64,000 bases of DNA from Pecten maximus (lineage: Eukaryota), in assembly GCF_902652985.1 (NCBI RefSeq), contig NC_047020.1, positions 43,586,001 through 43,650,000 on the forward strand, given 5' to 3'. Under the pieces are notes generated by a model. The model did not search any database and was not told the DNA's origin. It saw only the letters and a program-made list of their open reading frames with translations. Shown in pieces: positions 37,889-50,401 of this stretch; position 1 is the stretch's first letter; every line of letters begins with the position of its first letter. Both the position numbers and the translations under genes were made by a program.

Positions 37889-40800
37889 TCAGGAGAGACT
37901 ACACGACGTCTTGTTCTGACCGGTCCGCTGCTATAACAGAAAACAAGATTTCATTGATCCTCACGCTGTCATCTTCAAAGCCTGTCAGACAAAAAAGGAA
38001 AAATTTAATATGAAGCCATGTAAATATTTATATATTAGATCTTAATGCCACAATGTGATGTTTGTGAGAGGTGAATGATTATGCCAGCTTTTTTGTAATG
38101 CTGTTAAATATTTGTTAGCCAGGCAATACCATGCATACTAACAAAGAACTGTAGCTCTGTATAGTATTGGCCAGGACAATTTTCGTAAATTCCACTCCCT
38201 CAAAGAGGTACTTGTATACAATTACTGTAGGTTGCATTGACATATGGTCAGAAGGACAAACAAAGGCATACAGTCAGAAGGAGAAACAAAGACATACGAA
38301 CAGAAGAACAAATAAAGGAATGCGGACAGAAGAACAGGCATACCAACAGAAGAACAAACAAAGGCATACGCACAGAAGAACAAACAAAGACATATGGACA
38401 GAAGAACAAACAATAACACCAGACAGAAGGACAAACAAAGGTATACGGACAGAAGAACAAACAGGCATACGGACAGAAGAACAAACAATAATACACGGAC
38501 AGAAGGACAAAGGCATACGGACAGAAGAACAAACAAAGGTGTACAGACAGAAGAACAAACAAAGGCGTACGGACAGAAGGACAACAAAAGTATATGGACA
38601 GAAGGACAAACAAAGGTATACAGACAGAAGGACAAACAAAGGTATACGGACAGAAGGACAAACAAAAGTATATGGACAGAAGGTCAAACAAAGTTATACG
38701 GACAGAAGGACAAACAAAGGCATATGGACAGAAGGACAAACAAAGGCATACGGACAGAAGGACAAACAAAGGTATACGGACAGAAGGACAAATAAAGGTA
38801 TATGGACAGAAGGACAAACAAAGGTATACGGACAGAAGAACAAACAGGCATACGGACAGAAGGACAAACAATAACATACAGACAGAAGAACAAAGGCATA
38901 CAGACAGAAGAACAAACAAAGGCATACGGACAGAAGAACAAACAAAGGCATACGCACAGAAGGACAAACAAAGGCATACGCACAGAAGGGCAAACAAAGG
39001 CATATGCACAGAAGAACAAAGGAATACGGACAGAAGAATAAACACAAACTTTTGACACCTACCCTTCTACGCTGCTGATCCCTATTGGCCTCTTCTTGGC
39101 TGGCGGCAATTGCCTGGGCCAGTAAAAGGTCATCCTGCTCCTGCTGGGTCATCCTAAAGGGCAAAGGTCAAAAGGTCAATAGACGATAACGCTTTTAAAT
39201 TTAGCAATGACTTTAAATTTTTACACTTTAAAAAGGAAGACACTTTGTGTACTATGGGAATCATGGTGAATACTTCACATGGAAAAGACCAAGGTACATA
39301 ATGGTAATGTCTGAAATCTGCCCTAATATCTATCATGTAACAGGTGGGTAGACCTGGTACTTAAAACATTGTACAGTCAGAAATAATTGTACACACAAAA
39401 TGACAGTTCTATATACAGACTACCACAACATGGTACATCAAATGGATAACTTGTGAGCTACATAAATTAACAGCTAAATATGTGCCTTATATAATGTACA
39501 TGGGAAACTGCTACATGTCTGTTGGATATATAGCTTTATATAACATTTACTTTATCACAGATATGGGTAATAGGTCTTGGGATGGGGTTGGATACTTACG
39601 TCCTGTTAGAGGTATTTGTGTTGGAAGGTGCTTGTGACTCTGACATGGACATCTGAATAGCTCTCGCTAAAGCTTCTTCCTCTGTCTACAAAACACATTA
39701 CAGGCAATAATTAGTAATCTTACTGAGTTATTGAAGTTAAATCTTCCACAATATTTTCCAGTATTTTATTAATAACATTTGTCAACTGATTTCCATTACT
39801 GTCTATCTTCTGGTTATAAACTTTAAAAAGAAATCTTTCCTAAATAAAGTAGACCTACTTATACATAGCTGTAAAAGTTTGCTGTGTTAATCACCCCTTG
39901 GACAGCCAGGGTCATTTTGAGACGGGGTCTCCTTGTAGTAGCTTGTGGCTACCTAACTGAACAACATACGGGAGGCCCATCGCATGTCTTCCTGAGTAAT
40001 TAGGGTAAAATATCTTGCCCAAGGACACAATCACGTTAGAACAGACTGATCCGTTTCTCAGCTTCCTGAGAAACACTACCCAATACGGGTAGGGAGCAAC
40101 GAACCACACACCTCGGAACTTTACTCGAGGTTATGTAGGCCAACATATCCCTTTAAAACAAATGTATCCAATAATACTCACCATGTTCCCTTGTACAGAC
40201 TGCCTGCCTGTCTGTCCCATCTGTCTTTCTCTTCGCTCCCTACAAAAAACAAAATGTACCACAAGATATAATTAAACTTCATTGAAACTGAGACGGAATA
40301 TGAGTAGCATACAGTACATTTATTCTTAAAAAATTATTGAAGTTTTTAATTCAGGACCAAAAAATTTCTATACGTGTACATTTACTGATGTTTATACTGT
40401 AAATTTGAATATTTGGCAGACATCAAAATATGAACCATCAAAATATCATAAATTGTCACCATATCAGAATGAACAGATTATTTTCATCCAATCCTGTTCT
40501 ATATAAGGAACATAAATTCTGATGTAAACTGAAATTTTAGTTACTCTCTGTGGATACCTTTCAAGTTCTCGGCCAAAGTTGCGCTGTGTGAGTGTCGTCT
40601 GCTGCGGTTTGGACTTGGCCGTCCCTGGACCTTTGTTTCCGGATGGTTTAGAGGGCTGTGGCTGATTTCTAAAATAGCTGCGGCTCTGGAAGTATAAATC
40701 ATCACAATATTTTATGTTCTTTGTTCAAATATCTTTTCACAATCAATTCAACAAGAGTGGCGAGGAATGAATTCTATCACTTGTAGAATTCATCAAACAA

Positions 40801-43800
40801 CTGTTTGGTTCTTTCTGAAAAAGACTTGCAAACAAATCTCTTATTTGACCTTTGACCTTAAAGTATCTCATTAACCTAATTGCAAAACCTTACACACCAT
40901 CTGTGGGCATTATAGAGGTTCAACAAGTTTCATTTTATACAAAATCAAAAAATATTTTACTGGCATATGGAAAGATAATAATTTATTTGTTTTTTAAATT
41001 GAAAAACAATTTATTTTAAGGGAGAAACAGTTGAACCTACCCTGTCTTGGAAATTCCTCGGCCTGAATTCTCAAAGCCTTCACAATCATGGTCCATTTCA
41101 TTTCTGTGTTTCAAGCAAAAATTCTTTTGGCATTTATCACAAGTGACAGGAATGAGCTAAAACAAAGAAAAAATCAAAAGCATAAATTACTTCAGTGTAA
41201 ACTTTATTTGACAACAATTGCGAAACAAATTTTACCATCATATATCAACCACTCTTGTTGGCCCAGATGGAAGCGTGCGAGGAGTTTTATTGTGGGAGAA
41301 AAACTGTAGCACCCAAAGAGAATCTACGTGGTCAGATAAGCCCCCCACACCTTTTCACATCTGATCGGGGAATTGAACCCCTGGCCACCTTTGTGAAAGG
41401 CAAGTGTGTTAACTCTGTGCCACCTGACCACCCAAATTCAAAGTTAAGATGCTTTTTCTAAAGTGGAAAAAATGTTTTTTTGGTAGAAAAGAGGAACAAT
41501 AATTTAGTTTTATATATTAGAAAAGATCTGATGAATAATAATTTCATTTTGTATCTTAGAAAAGAGGAAAGATCATTTTATTTTGTATATTTGAAAAGAG
41601 GAATAATAATTTCATTTTGTATCTTAGAAAAGAGGAAAGATCATTTTATTTTGTATATCAGAAAAGAGGAATAATAATTTCATTTTGTATATTAGAAAAG
41701 ACGAATAATAATTTAATTTTGTGTACAATGAGGAGTAAATAAACACACTTACTTCCTTTTGTTTGCACCCTTTGTGTGAACATCTATTTGTATAAATCTG
41801 AAAATTGAAACAATAAAATTTACAATAAAAAGGCTTAAGGTGATATGTGTACAATTTCGTATACCAACTTCTAGCTGCAGACAGGTTTAGCCAAAAATCT
41901 TATACCGGGTATATGTTAAACGTATATATACCAAATAAGACTGCCCCTCACGAGATAACGGTCTGTTTTCTGTGTACAACCTTACACATCAAAAGCTTTA
42001 TTTTCTCTTTACCTAAGATAATATTTATGAGACTATTGCTAATAAAATAATCTTTCTGAATGTTTCCTTAAAATTCTTTATAAAATTATCCATTTCTGAG
42101 AATTATTTAAGTCTTGATTGTATACTGGTCTTTTGACACCCATTGATATTTGAGTTCTGGACTCAAGGTTTTCTTTTGATTTTTCAAACTACGTGTACTG
42201 TATATTTTTATAGACACTTGTACACATATAAATGGGAAATTGACAAAAGAAGACTTACATTTTTCACTTAAATTTTTTCAATTTTACTTGCAATTCTTCG
42301 TATTGTATTTATATCTTATAAACAAATCAGTGAAGTGGAGTAAAGTTGATTTGACACCAACCTTGCGCCGTTTTCTTGCTGGGTCCGATTGACAATCATT
42401 GTCAATATGTTGTCCAACTACCGCATCTGGCACCTCGTCTTTCTTGATAGGCACTGGCTTGTTACACAGGGGACATACAGGAACCTGATTATCCTATAAA
42501 AAAGTCATATACATTATAAAGCATCATTCCTTACTATATATATATATATATATATAGCTACATTCTGGCAGCTATTTGAAGGATTCTTTTAAGTTAAAAT
42601 TAAAATTGCAAGTAACTTCTCATGCTGTATCCCCTCAGTGTGTAGTGCAAGTTTAGTTTTGTAAACATTTTCATTTTGTGAAATAATTTACACATACAAG
42701 TAAACTAAATTCATAACATTACTTATAGTAAACAAAGGAGAACATTGAAAAACACATTTTAACTTAACATGATAAATTGTCTTTGTATATAATGTAACAT
42801 GTACTAGCTTGTGTGATCATTGACCACATTGACATCACTCAGATGACAAAACTCTCAACAAAGACCACCCCCATTATAAGACCATATGATGCCTGTCCCA
42901 TGGGTGGTCTCATAAGAGAGGGACCACTGTATAAAAATTTGAGGACTTATTTGAGAACCACTTCTATCTTACTATCTAATCTCTGTACATTGACAGCAGT
43001 ACTAGTTGTACCCACCTTTTTATAAGACTCTGTACACTGACAACAGTTGTACTCACCTTTTTATAAAACTCTGTACACTGACAGCAGTACTAGTTGTACC
43101 CACCTTTTTATAAGACTCTGTACACTGACAGCAGTTGTACTCACCTTTTTATAAGACTCTGTACACTGACAGCAGTTGTACTCACCTTTTTATAAGACTC
43201 TGTACATTGACAGCAGTTGTACTCACCTTTTTATAAGACTCTGTACATTGACAACAGTTGTACCCACCTTTTTATAAAACTCTGTACACTGACAACAGTT
43301 GTACTCACCTTTTTATAAGACTCTGTACATTGACAGCAGTTGTACCCACCTTTTTATAAAACTCTGTACACTGACAACAGTTGTACCCACCTTTTTATAA
43401 GACTCTGTACACTGACAGCAGTTGTACCCACCTTTTTATAAAACTCTGTACATTGACAGCAGTTGTACCCACCTTTTTATAAAACTCTGTACATTGACAG
43501 TAGTTGTACATGTACTCACTTTTTTATAAGACTCTGCACATTGATGGCAGTTGTACATTATGTGTTCTCCACTGAAAAAGTAAATACGTCATTTTCATTA
43601 CAAAACTACATATACATGTACTTATACTGGCATTTATCATAGAATGTTTCAGACCAATAAATGATGACCATCCGCATGCAGTGGGATGTCCAACTGACCT
43701 CTCCATTAACATTTAGCATCATATATATTATCCAATGTAATCGGTAACCAATCATCGGTTGTTTTACTCTTCTAATTCATAGTGATGTATAATCGGCTTA

Positions 43801-44602
43801 AAATCAGAATTGAAGATTGGTTTGAATCTGCATGCAGGGCAAACCGATCCAATAATTGGTTTTCTAAATCAGTTTGACAGTACTTTCAGGTAATTGGTTA
43901 TTGTGTTATTGGTAAAAGATTGTTCACAGCCCAAAATGTTCATGTTAACAGCACAGCAATAATACTTACCAAAAGATCTGTGAACAGGCATCACACTTCA
44001 TTGGCAGAAAATCTGGAAAAAAAAGTGATGACAAATTAACATTACCAAAGATCCAAGGTACATGGTTTGACGCTCCCTACTTACCGTGTCGGTTTGTTCT
44101 CGCGATCGGAAGCTGATAAAAGAGAGTCATGTGTTCATGGGCTTCCTGTATTGTTCAGTGAAATAGTCACCAACTACTACATAGTGACCTCAAAATGACA
44201 AGTTTATGCAGTTTATGGGGCGATAAACCCAGCAAACAAACAAACAAAATCGAAGTCTGGGCTTTTCAAAATCATGTGATAGCAAAACAATAACAAACCC
44301 ATAATTGAATTACCACGAAGCTGATTTGTTTCAGTTTCGCCAGTTCGTGTTTTATTAAATTTTGTCAATTTGATATCAACTACGTTACTGCTTGCTACTC
44401 TGTCCTGTATTAGACGATTATTTGGAAATGTTATGGTGATCAGCTCATGTTTTGAATGGAGGACTGATCACTGACAATCATACAGTAAAAGGGTGTTTGT
44501 CAATGTTGTATGTTAATGACTCGTCCGACGTCGTCTAAAAGACTTACCGAGTTGTTTACAAGACTTGTTTGAACAATGGTCTCCTAAATGTGGTAATTCC
44601 AT
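37889..44602 (-). CDS. ZFAND2B: AN1-type zinc finger protein 2 (AIRAPL/ZFAND2B-like: 2 AN1 fingers, 2 UIMs, C-terminal CAAX 'CSLS'), ~282 aa; exons (minus) 44602-44548, 44012-43970, 43571-43520, 42493-42362, 41797-41753, 41156-41041, 40685-40558, 40239-40182, 39685-39600, 39153-39063, 37930-37889; apparent -1 frameshift in exon 7
   Basis: Translation includes MELPHLGDHCSNKSCKQLDFLPMKCDACSQIFCGEH, DNQVPVCPLCNKPVP, HIDNDCQSDPA, IYTNRCSHKGCKQKELIPVTCDKCQKNFCLKHR, the UIMs TEEEALARAIQMS and QEQDDLLLAQAIAAS, and ends KTSCSLS-stop. Junctions are GT-AG. Exon 7 is 128 nt but phase continuity needs 129. Confidence 0.9.
38245..39047. repeat. Degenerate ~26-bp minisatellite (ACAGAAGGACAAACAAAGGCATACGG), ~30 copies, in the last intron of ZFAND2
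   Basis: Visible array starting ~15 nt inside the exon-10 donor; it produces the many spurious ORFs in this interval. Confidence 0.93.
39880..40140 (-). mobile_element. CORE-type tRNA SINE
   Basis: Homologous to 29860-30035 and 50050-50250; GTGTCCTTGGGCAAGATATTTTACCCTAATT core. Confidence 0.7.
41265..41433 (-). mobile_element. V-domain type tRNA SINE (decayed)
   Basis: The minus strand starts GGGTGGTCAGGTGGCACAGAGTTAACACACTTGCCTTTCAC with B-box GGTTCAATTCC; homologous to 52120-52277. Confidence 0.7.
42981..43556 (-). repeat. 41-bp tandem array built from the ZFAND2 exon-3 3' end plus splice donor (12 extra donors)
   Basis: Unit GTG(A/G)GTACAACTGCTGTCAATGTACAGAGTCTTATAAAAAG copies the exonic TACAACTGCCATCAATGTGCAGAGTCTTATAAAAAA|GTGAGT. 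Confidence 0.95.
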
Positions 44603-44659
44603 TTTGGTATAATATATAAAAGCTAGAACAACGTGTTTTCACTCCTTCTTCACCTTCGA

Positions 44660-44730
44660 CTGTGCAGTGACAGAGCAAATCTCTGCTATATAACACGGAT
44701 ATTGCGTCACTTCCGTTTTCATCCGGAACT
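44660..44730. promoter_or_regulatory. ZFAND2 proximal promoter with ARE (GTGACAGAGCA, 44667-44677) and ETS cores
   Basis: Exact RTGACnnnGCA match about 65 bp upstream of the ATG; CACTTCCG and CCGGAAC at ~44708-44728. Confidence 0.5.
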
Positions 44731-46059
44731 CCTTTTTAAATCACTATTCCAATGAAAATCTCCGATGAGTTCAGGATGTTCCGTTTCAGGTACTTTCCCG
44801 AAAAATCTGGGGTGTTAGTCAGATAGGGGACGTGATTAGGTCAAAAACGGGATTGACTGCTACTGGAAGAGAATACCAATGTTCTCGTTCTGTTTTCCAT
44901 TCTGTTCACATAACTAATCACTATTCACTATCCGACGTTTAATTGTTTTCTTTTTTTTAACGTGTAGCTTTACTATTTTTTGATACCATTTTTTTTCATA
45001 TCAAGAAGTTAAATTTTTTATGTAAATTATCGAATTCTTGATAAAAAAAATAGGCACTGTTTCACTATTGGACTATTCATTATGGCTGCGCATCCAATTC
45101 CTGGAATGGTAGCTGTATTTTATCGCGTAGATATTAATTTAATTCAAGTAAAAAAAGTTTTATATATTTTTCATTACACTTAATTATTTTATCAATGAAA
45201 ACAGACGATGTTGTGCGAGGAAATGTTGTAGATTCTACATGTGTTTGGTACAATAAATATGATAAAAAGTTTTTGATACCGAGGGTTATTGTCCAGCTCT
45301 TTCTAATTTTCCGGGGAGGTGCAAATAAACCATCCATCTATGACGTTTCTGCAACGTATGTCTGCTAGCTGGGAACGATCGAGTTACACAAACAACACAC
45401 TAACCAACGCCTACCAAATTACAAGCCTGTTATATTACAACTACATGTACTTCTAAAAAGTTGACAATATGAGAACAAAGCAACACACACACAAAATTAA
45501 GAGATAAGTTAAACAATATAATCTCAATTAGGATAAATCATTGAAAAATCTGCACACGTTTATATTCATAGAAAATATAGATACTCTAAACACAACTCTA
45601 CAATTTACTTGTCCGTACTTATTACCTAATGCAAGAAAGCCATAGTTCAACAACTGATTATAAAAAGAGTCTATCGATTTGAGACGTTACACCAGTAATT
45701 CTGGCTCTATCGTTATATCCTATCCGACCTGGCGATAAAAAGTCAGAAACTTTCCGCTGTCGGGCGAATAGTCAGTTTCCTGTACCCGACTGCTTGGCGT
45801 GTAGTGAAATTGTTTTCCGTTACCCGACAGAATAGTCAAACACGTTCCGGTGCCCGACTGATTGGCGAATGAGTGAAACTGGTTCCTGGCACAGGGACTT
45901 GAGAATTACGGTTACAGTCTACATGCATGTCACATTTGTCGTCGATACCGATGTTAGCTATTCGCTAATGATGGCGCTTCTTCATAATCATTACTATATA
46001 TGTACAGTTTGCGCATACAATGTAGTTTAAAAAACTTGGATAAAATTTGAAGGGAACAT

Positions 46060-47190
46060 TACGCCAATGGCTGTTTAATAGAGACTCGAAACAATTCAGA
46101 GTGGGATGCTAGAACCACGTGATCAGGTAGGACATTCCAGTGGTCAATTACCCTCCTGGCAAAGGGTCCCTGTTTCTTGAACAATTTGCAAGAGTTTCTT
46201 CTGATTTTATTTGAATCTACAGGAGTAAAAAGCATATCCTTGACTAGAATATCTATGTTGTTTATAATTGTATCCAGTTTCTACCATGTCGTTCCTTAAT
46301 TTTCTGTATTCAAGTGTTGCCAAGTTTGAGTAATCTTTCAGGATAGGAAAGACTTTCTAAACTTAAAACTCTTTTGGTAGCTCTTCGCTGGACATTCACA
46401 ACTGCGATTTGGTCATTTTTAAGCACTGGATACCAAACTTGGATGGCGTACTCTAACATTGGTCTAACAAGGCTTTTATAGAGGCACTGGAACATATTTT
46501 CATCCATAAAGGTGAAGGTCCTAAATATAAGGCCTAAATTTCTATTCGTTTTTTTGACACACTGATTCACGTGTTCATTAAATGTAAGCTTGTTGTCAAA
46601 TATTACACCTAGATCTTTCTCGTTTTCAACTTTTTTTTATCTCAATTTGGTCATGACTTGATTTCAGGAACAGGGTTGGATTCTGTTTCAAATTACCAAT
46701 GTTCATGTGTTTACATTTAGCAATACTTAATTTCATTTTCCATTTTATAGTCCAATCTACAATTTTGTCTAGATCGTTCTGGAGTTCTGCTACTTGACTA
46801 CCTCTCCTAAATAGTTTAGAATCATCTGCAAAGAGTTTTACCATGCTAGACAAATAAGAAACAGGACAGGACCTAAGACACTTCCCTGAGGAACTCCACT
46901 TGTGACATTGACTTAACCAGACCTTTATCCGTTTACTTTAACACATTGTCTTAATTCCGACAGGAAATCTTTAATCCAATCTAGAGTATTTCCCTCCATT
47001 CCATAACCTCTTAGTTAGGATAGTAGATGTTGATGAGGAACCTTATCAAATGCTTTACTGAAGTATAAATATACTGCATTCATATTTTGTCCGTCGCCAA
47101 TGATTGTTGCCCAGTACTCCTAGTAGTTTTGTTGTACAGGATTTACTAGCACGGAATCCATGTTGATGTTCCGAAATCAAATTGTTGTCA
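46060..47190 (-). pseudogene. 5'-truncated, frameshifted CR1/L2-clade LINE reverse transcriptase fragment
   Basis: Minus-strand motifs: YFSKAFDKVPHQ, SGVPQGSVLGP, KLFADDSKLF, LYKSLVRPMLEYA, VQRRATK, LSYPERL. Confidence 0.88.
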
Positions 47191-47223
<33 letters not shown>

Positions 47224-47414
47224 CCCCCCACGGACCGCGGACACCGGGCAGGAGGATGGGACGTTGTGGTTATGAAAATGTGTTATAACAAAGAATACAA
47301 AATTTACTAATGATTTAAATTCATATTTGTTTCCAAATTGACAACAGTCTGCTCATAAAAAAATTGTGTATGTTATGCACATCATTCAGTCTAACGACAT
47401 AATGTACACAAACA

Positions 47415-48870
47415 TGTAAGTCGTAATAACGACATAGCTTGAACCAAAATAACGAGATAACTTAACTCGTAATAACGAGATAACGTAACTCGTAATAACG
47501 AGATAACGTAACTCGAAATAACGACATAGCTTGAACCAAAATAACGAGATAACTTAACTCGTAATAACGAGATAACGTAACTCGTAATAACGAGATAACG
47601 TAACTTTGGTTTGTTTTTGTTTAACGTCCTATTAACAGCCAGGGTCATTTAAAGACGTGCCAGGTTTGGAGGTGGAGGAAAGCCGGAGTACCCGGAGAAA
47701 AACCACCGGTCTACGGTCAGTACCTGGCAACTGCCCCACGTAGGTTTCGAACTCGCAACCCAGAGGTGGAGGGCTTGTGATAAAGTGTCGGGACACCTTA
47801 ACTACTCGGCCACCGCGACCCCGTAACTCGTAATAACGAGATAACGAAACTCGGAATAACGAGACAACGTAACTCGGAATAACGAGATAACGTAACTCGA
47901 AATTACGAGATACACTAAATCGTAATAACGATAGCTTGAATCGTAATAACGAGATAACGTAACTCGTAATAACGATATAACGTAACTCGTAATAACGAGA
48001 TAACGTAACTCGGAATAACGAGATAACGAAACTCGTAATAACGAGATAACGTAACTCGGAATAACGAGATAATGTAACTCGTAATAACGAGATAACGTAA
48101 CTCGGAATAACGAGATAACGAAACTCGTAATAACGAGATAACGAAACTCGTAATAACGAGATAACGTAACTCGAAATAACGAGATAACGTAACTCGAAAT
48201 AACGAGATAACGTAACTCGAAATTACGAGATAGACTAAATCGTAATAACGAGATCACGTAATTCGTAATAACGAGATATATTTCAATTTCTACTCAAGTT
48301 GGACTCGATGAAACTACCAAACTTAATCTGTTTCATTTGCTCATGAATTTGACCAGATTAACACTGATCAGTGCGTATGAATACATGGTTAAAATCCTTC
48401 CGCGGAACGATTTCACTTTTTCTACATTGTTGTTATAAACATGGATTAATTATCAAAATTATCAAATTTATAATGTATTCTTGTATTTTATGAAAGACCA
48501 GATATGCTGGATACTTCTATTTTGACAAAATAATGCTGTTTTTAATCCTAAAATTGCGGACTATTTTACTCGACCGACTAGACAAGCACAATCCGGAACT
48601 CCTCGGGCTTTTCCGCATTTGGACTTGCACAAGCTTCGAGACATTAATATCTAGACCGCCTTTTTTATTCGAAAAAAAACCCCAATTGAAATATAAGGAT
48701 TGAATCTTGATTTGGTCGATTTCATGGGGTCATGAATTGAGTTGCTCTTGAGACAAATTCAACATGAACTGCGAAACTCGTAATAACGAGATAACGTAAC
48801 TCGTAATATTGAGATCACGTTACTCGTAATAACGAGATTTTTTTTTCACGTGGTTATATGGCTTTCGTAC
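47415..48870. repeat. 23-bp minisatellite (AATAACGAGATAACGTAACTCGT), main block 47415-48277 and a short block 48775-48838, probably subterminal repeats of a DNA transposon ending GGCTTTCGTA
   Basis: Visible array; each unit contains the hairpin CTCGT-AATA-ACGAG. Confidence 0.85.
47606..47822 (-). mobile_element. Full-length, young V-domain tRNA SINE inserted in the 23-bp array
   Basis: Minus strand: GGGGTCGCGGTGGCCGAGTAGTTAAGG head, B-box GAGTTCGAAACC, V-type GGTTTTTCTCCGGGTACTCCGGCTTTCCTCCA, and a GGACGTTAAACAAAAACAAACCAA tail; GTAACT on both sides. Confidence 0.85.
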
Positions 48871-50049
48871 ATATGGGATATCCCGTTTTAATATTTACAT
48901 TTGTCGTTGTTATCTCTTACGGTTGATCAGGTGGCCGGGTTCTCCTAGTCCACGATATTACGTTGATCAGTCCCCTTAGCTCGGGGCTCGACATCTGGTA
49001 AATACGAATTAAAACCTACGACAGATCCTGACTAATCAGTGTGTCCTAAGTGTGGAGGTGGCGAGTGATCTATCAACTAAATCATTTATTTAGACATATC
49101 ACAGGTGAGTGGTCAGCCACTGGACACTGGTCAGATCCCTGGACACTGCGGACATGGAGAGGCGCGGCCCAGGTTAAGTCACAAGTCAGGTAGGTCAATA
49201 TAGATTCGATACAATTTTTAGATATTGTTGCTGAATAGGCTGTATTTTTCTTTTCACGTAAAATTGAACGGAAAACTAAGATAACTTAAGGGATGGGAAG
49301 GGGACGGCGAAGAAGAAAAAACTACTTCGCATTTAACGAAGTCCATCATAATTGCAAAACTAGTCTTGGTCAATCTAAACACGCATTTTTTTTTCTCATG
49401 AAAAAAATATTTTCCGTTCATTCAATTTCAACTCGTCATGGTGATGAAACCCCGCCCCTCCTTATAAAGCGGTATTTTTAATATTTTAAGCGCAGTGTAA
49501 GTGCAGTACCGCTCAATGCTCACATTCTCAGTTTTTTGTTGTTGTTTTTATGCATTTTTTAAGTAACGCATATCCCAAAGTATGTAACGGATGGATGTGA
49601 CACGTTGAAAGTATTCTCGTCAGTCATCATCAATACTTGGCTGATGAGAATTTAACTAATACAAATATATGTACATGTATATATATAGGTCTCTGGCCGA
49701 CTCCGATTCGACCCTGACTCCCTCGATCCACGCGTAAAATGCGACGATGTAGACCAGTATTGAAGGAAACAAAAACAAATCTATCATATTGACTGGTATT
49801 TGGTATTATCCGAGATCATTTATTTCATCTTTTCGTGTATGATGTTTGGTCTTTTCTTCTTTTCGGGGCGAAAAGACGAAATTTAAGTTTTGTTAATTTT
49901 CGTCTTTTCGCAAAGGACGAGAATTAAGATATTTGATTTCCGTCTTTTCGGGGCGAAAAGAACGAAAGGACGAGCATTAAGATATTTGATTTCTATCTTT
50001 TCGGGGCGAAAAGACGAAAGGATGAAATGGCACTAATCAGCCGCCGTAC

Positions 50050-50250
50050 GTGTCGGTTTTGTGTTTCTCGAGAAGCTGAGAAAAGGATCGGTCTGTGTTG
50101 CCGTGGTTGTATCTTTGGGCAAGACACGTTTCCCTAATTGCCCCGGACGGCATGCGACCGACTTCCCGTATGTTGTTCAGTGAGGTGGTCACCAACTACT
50201 ACAAGTAGACCCTGTCTCAAAAAAGCTCTTGCTGTTCACGGGGCGATAAA
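50050..50250 (+). mobile_element. CORE-type SINE fragment
   Basis: GTATCTTTGGGCAAGACACGTTTCCCTAATTGC core and GGGCGATAAACC tail. Confidence 0.65.
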
Positions 50251-50401
50251 CCTAGTACCTAGATTTACCTATCTGCAAATGTTGACTTATCAAATGTTGA
50301 AAATGAACATATTCTAATGTTCTTGTGACCGATTTTAAATACATATTCGTGTGAACAGTTATAACTCTCGACTCATTCATGTTAACAAAATCTCCTGTCC
50401 T

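Noticed and set aside
38167-39058. Cluster of 79-265 aa ORFs in several frames
   Set aside because: Low-complexity 26-bp repeat lacking stops; only 39153-39063 is a real exon.
47191-47229. Long poly-C/poly-G runs (also ~34607-34629, 52325-52340, 54810-54836) as G-quadruplex elements
   Set aside because: Simple homopolymers of unreliable assembled length with no supporting context.
47391-48257. 85- and 151-aa minus-strand ORFs
   Set aside because: Translations of the 23-bp minisatellite and SINE tail.
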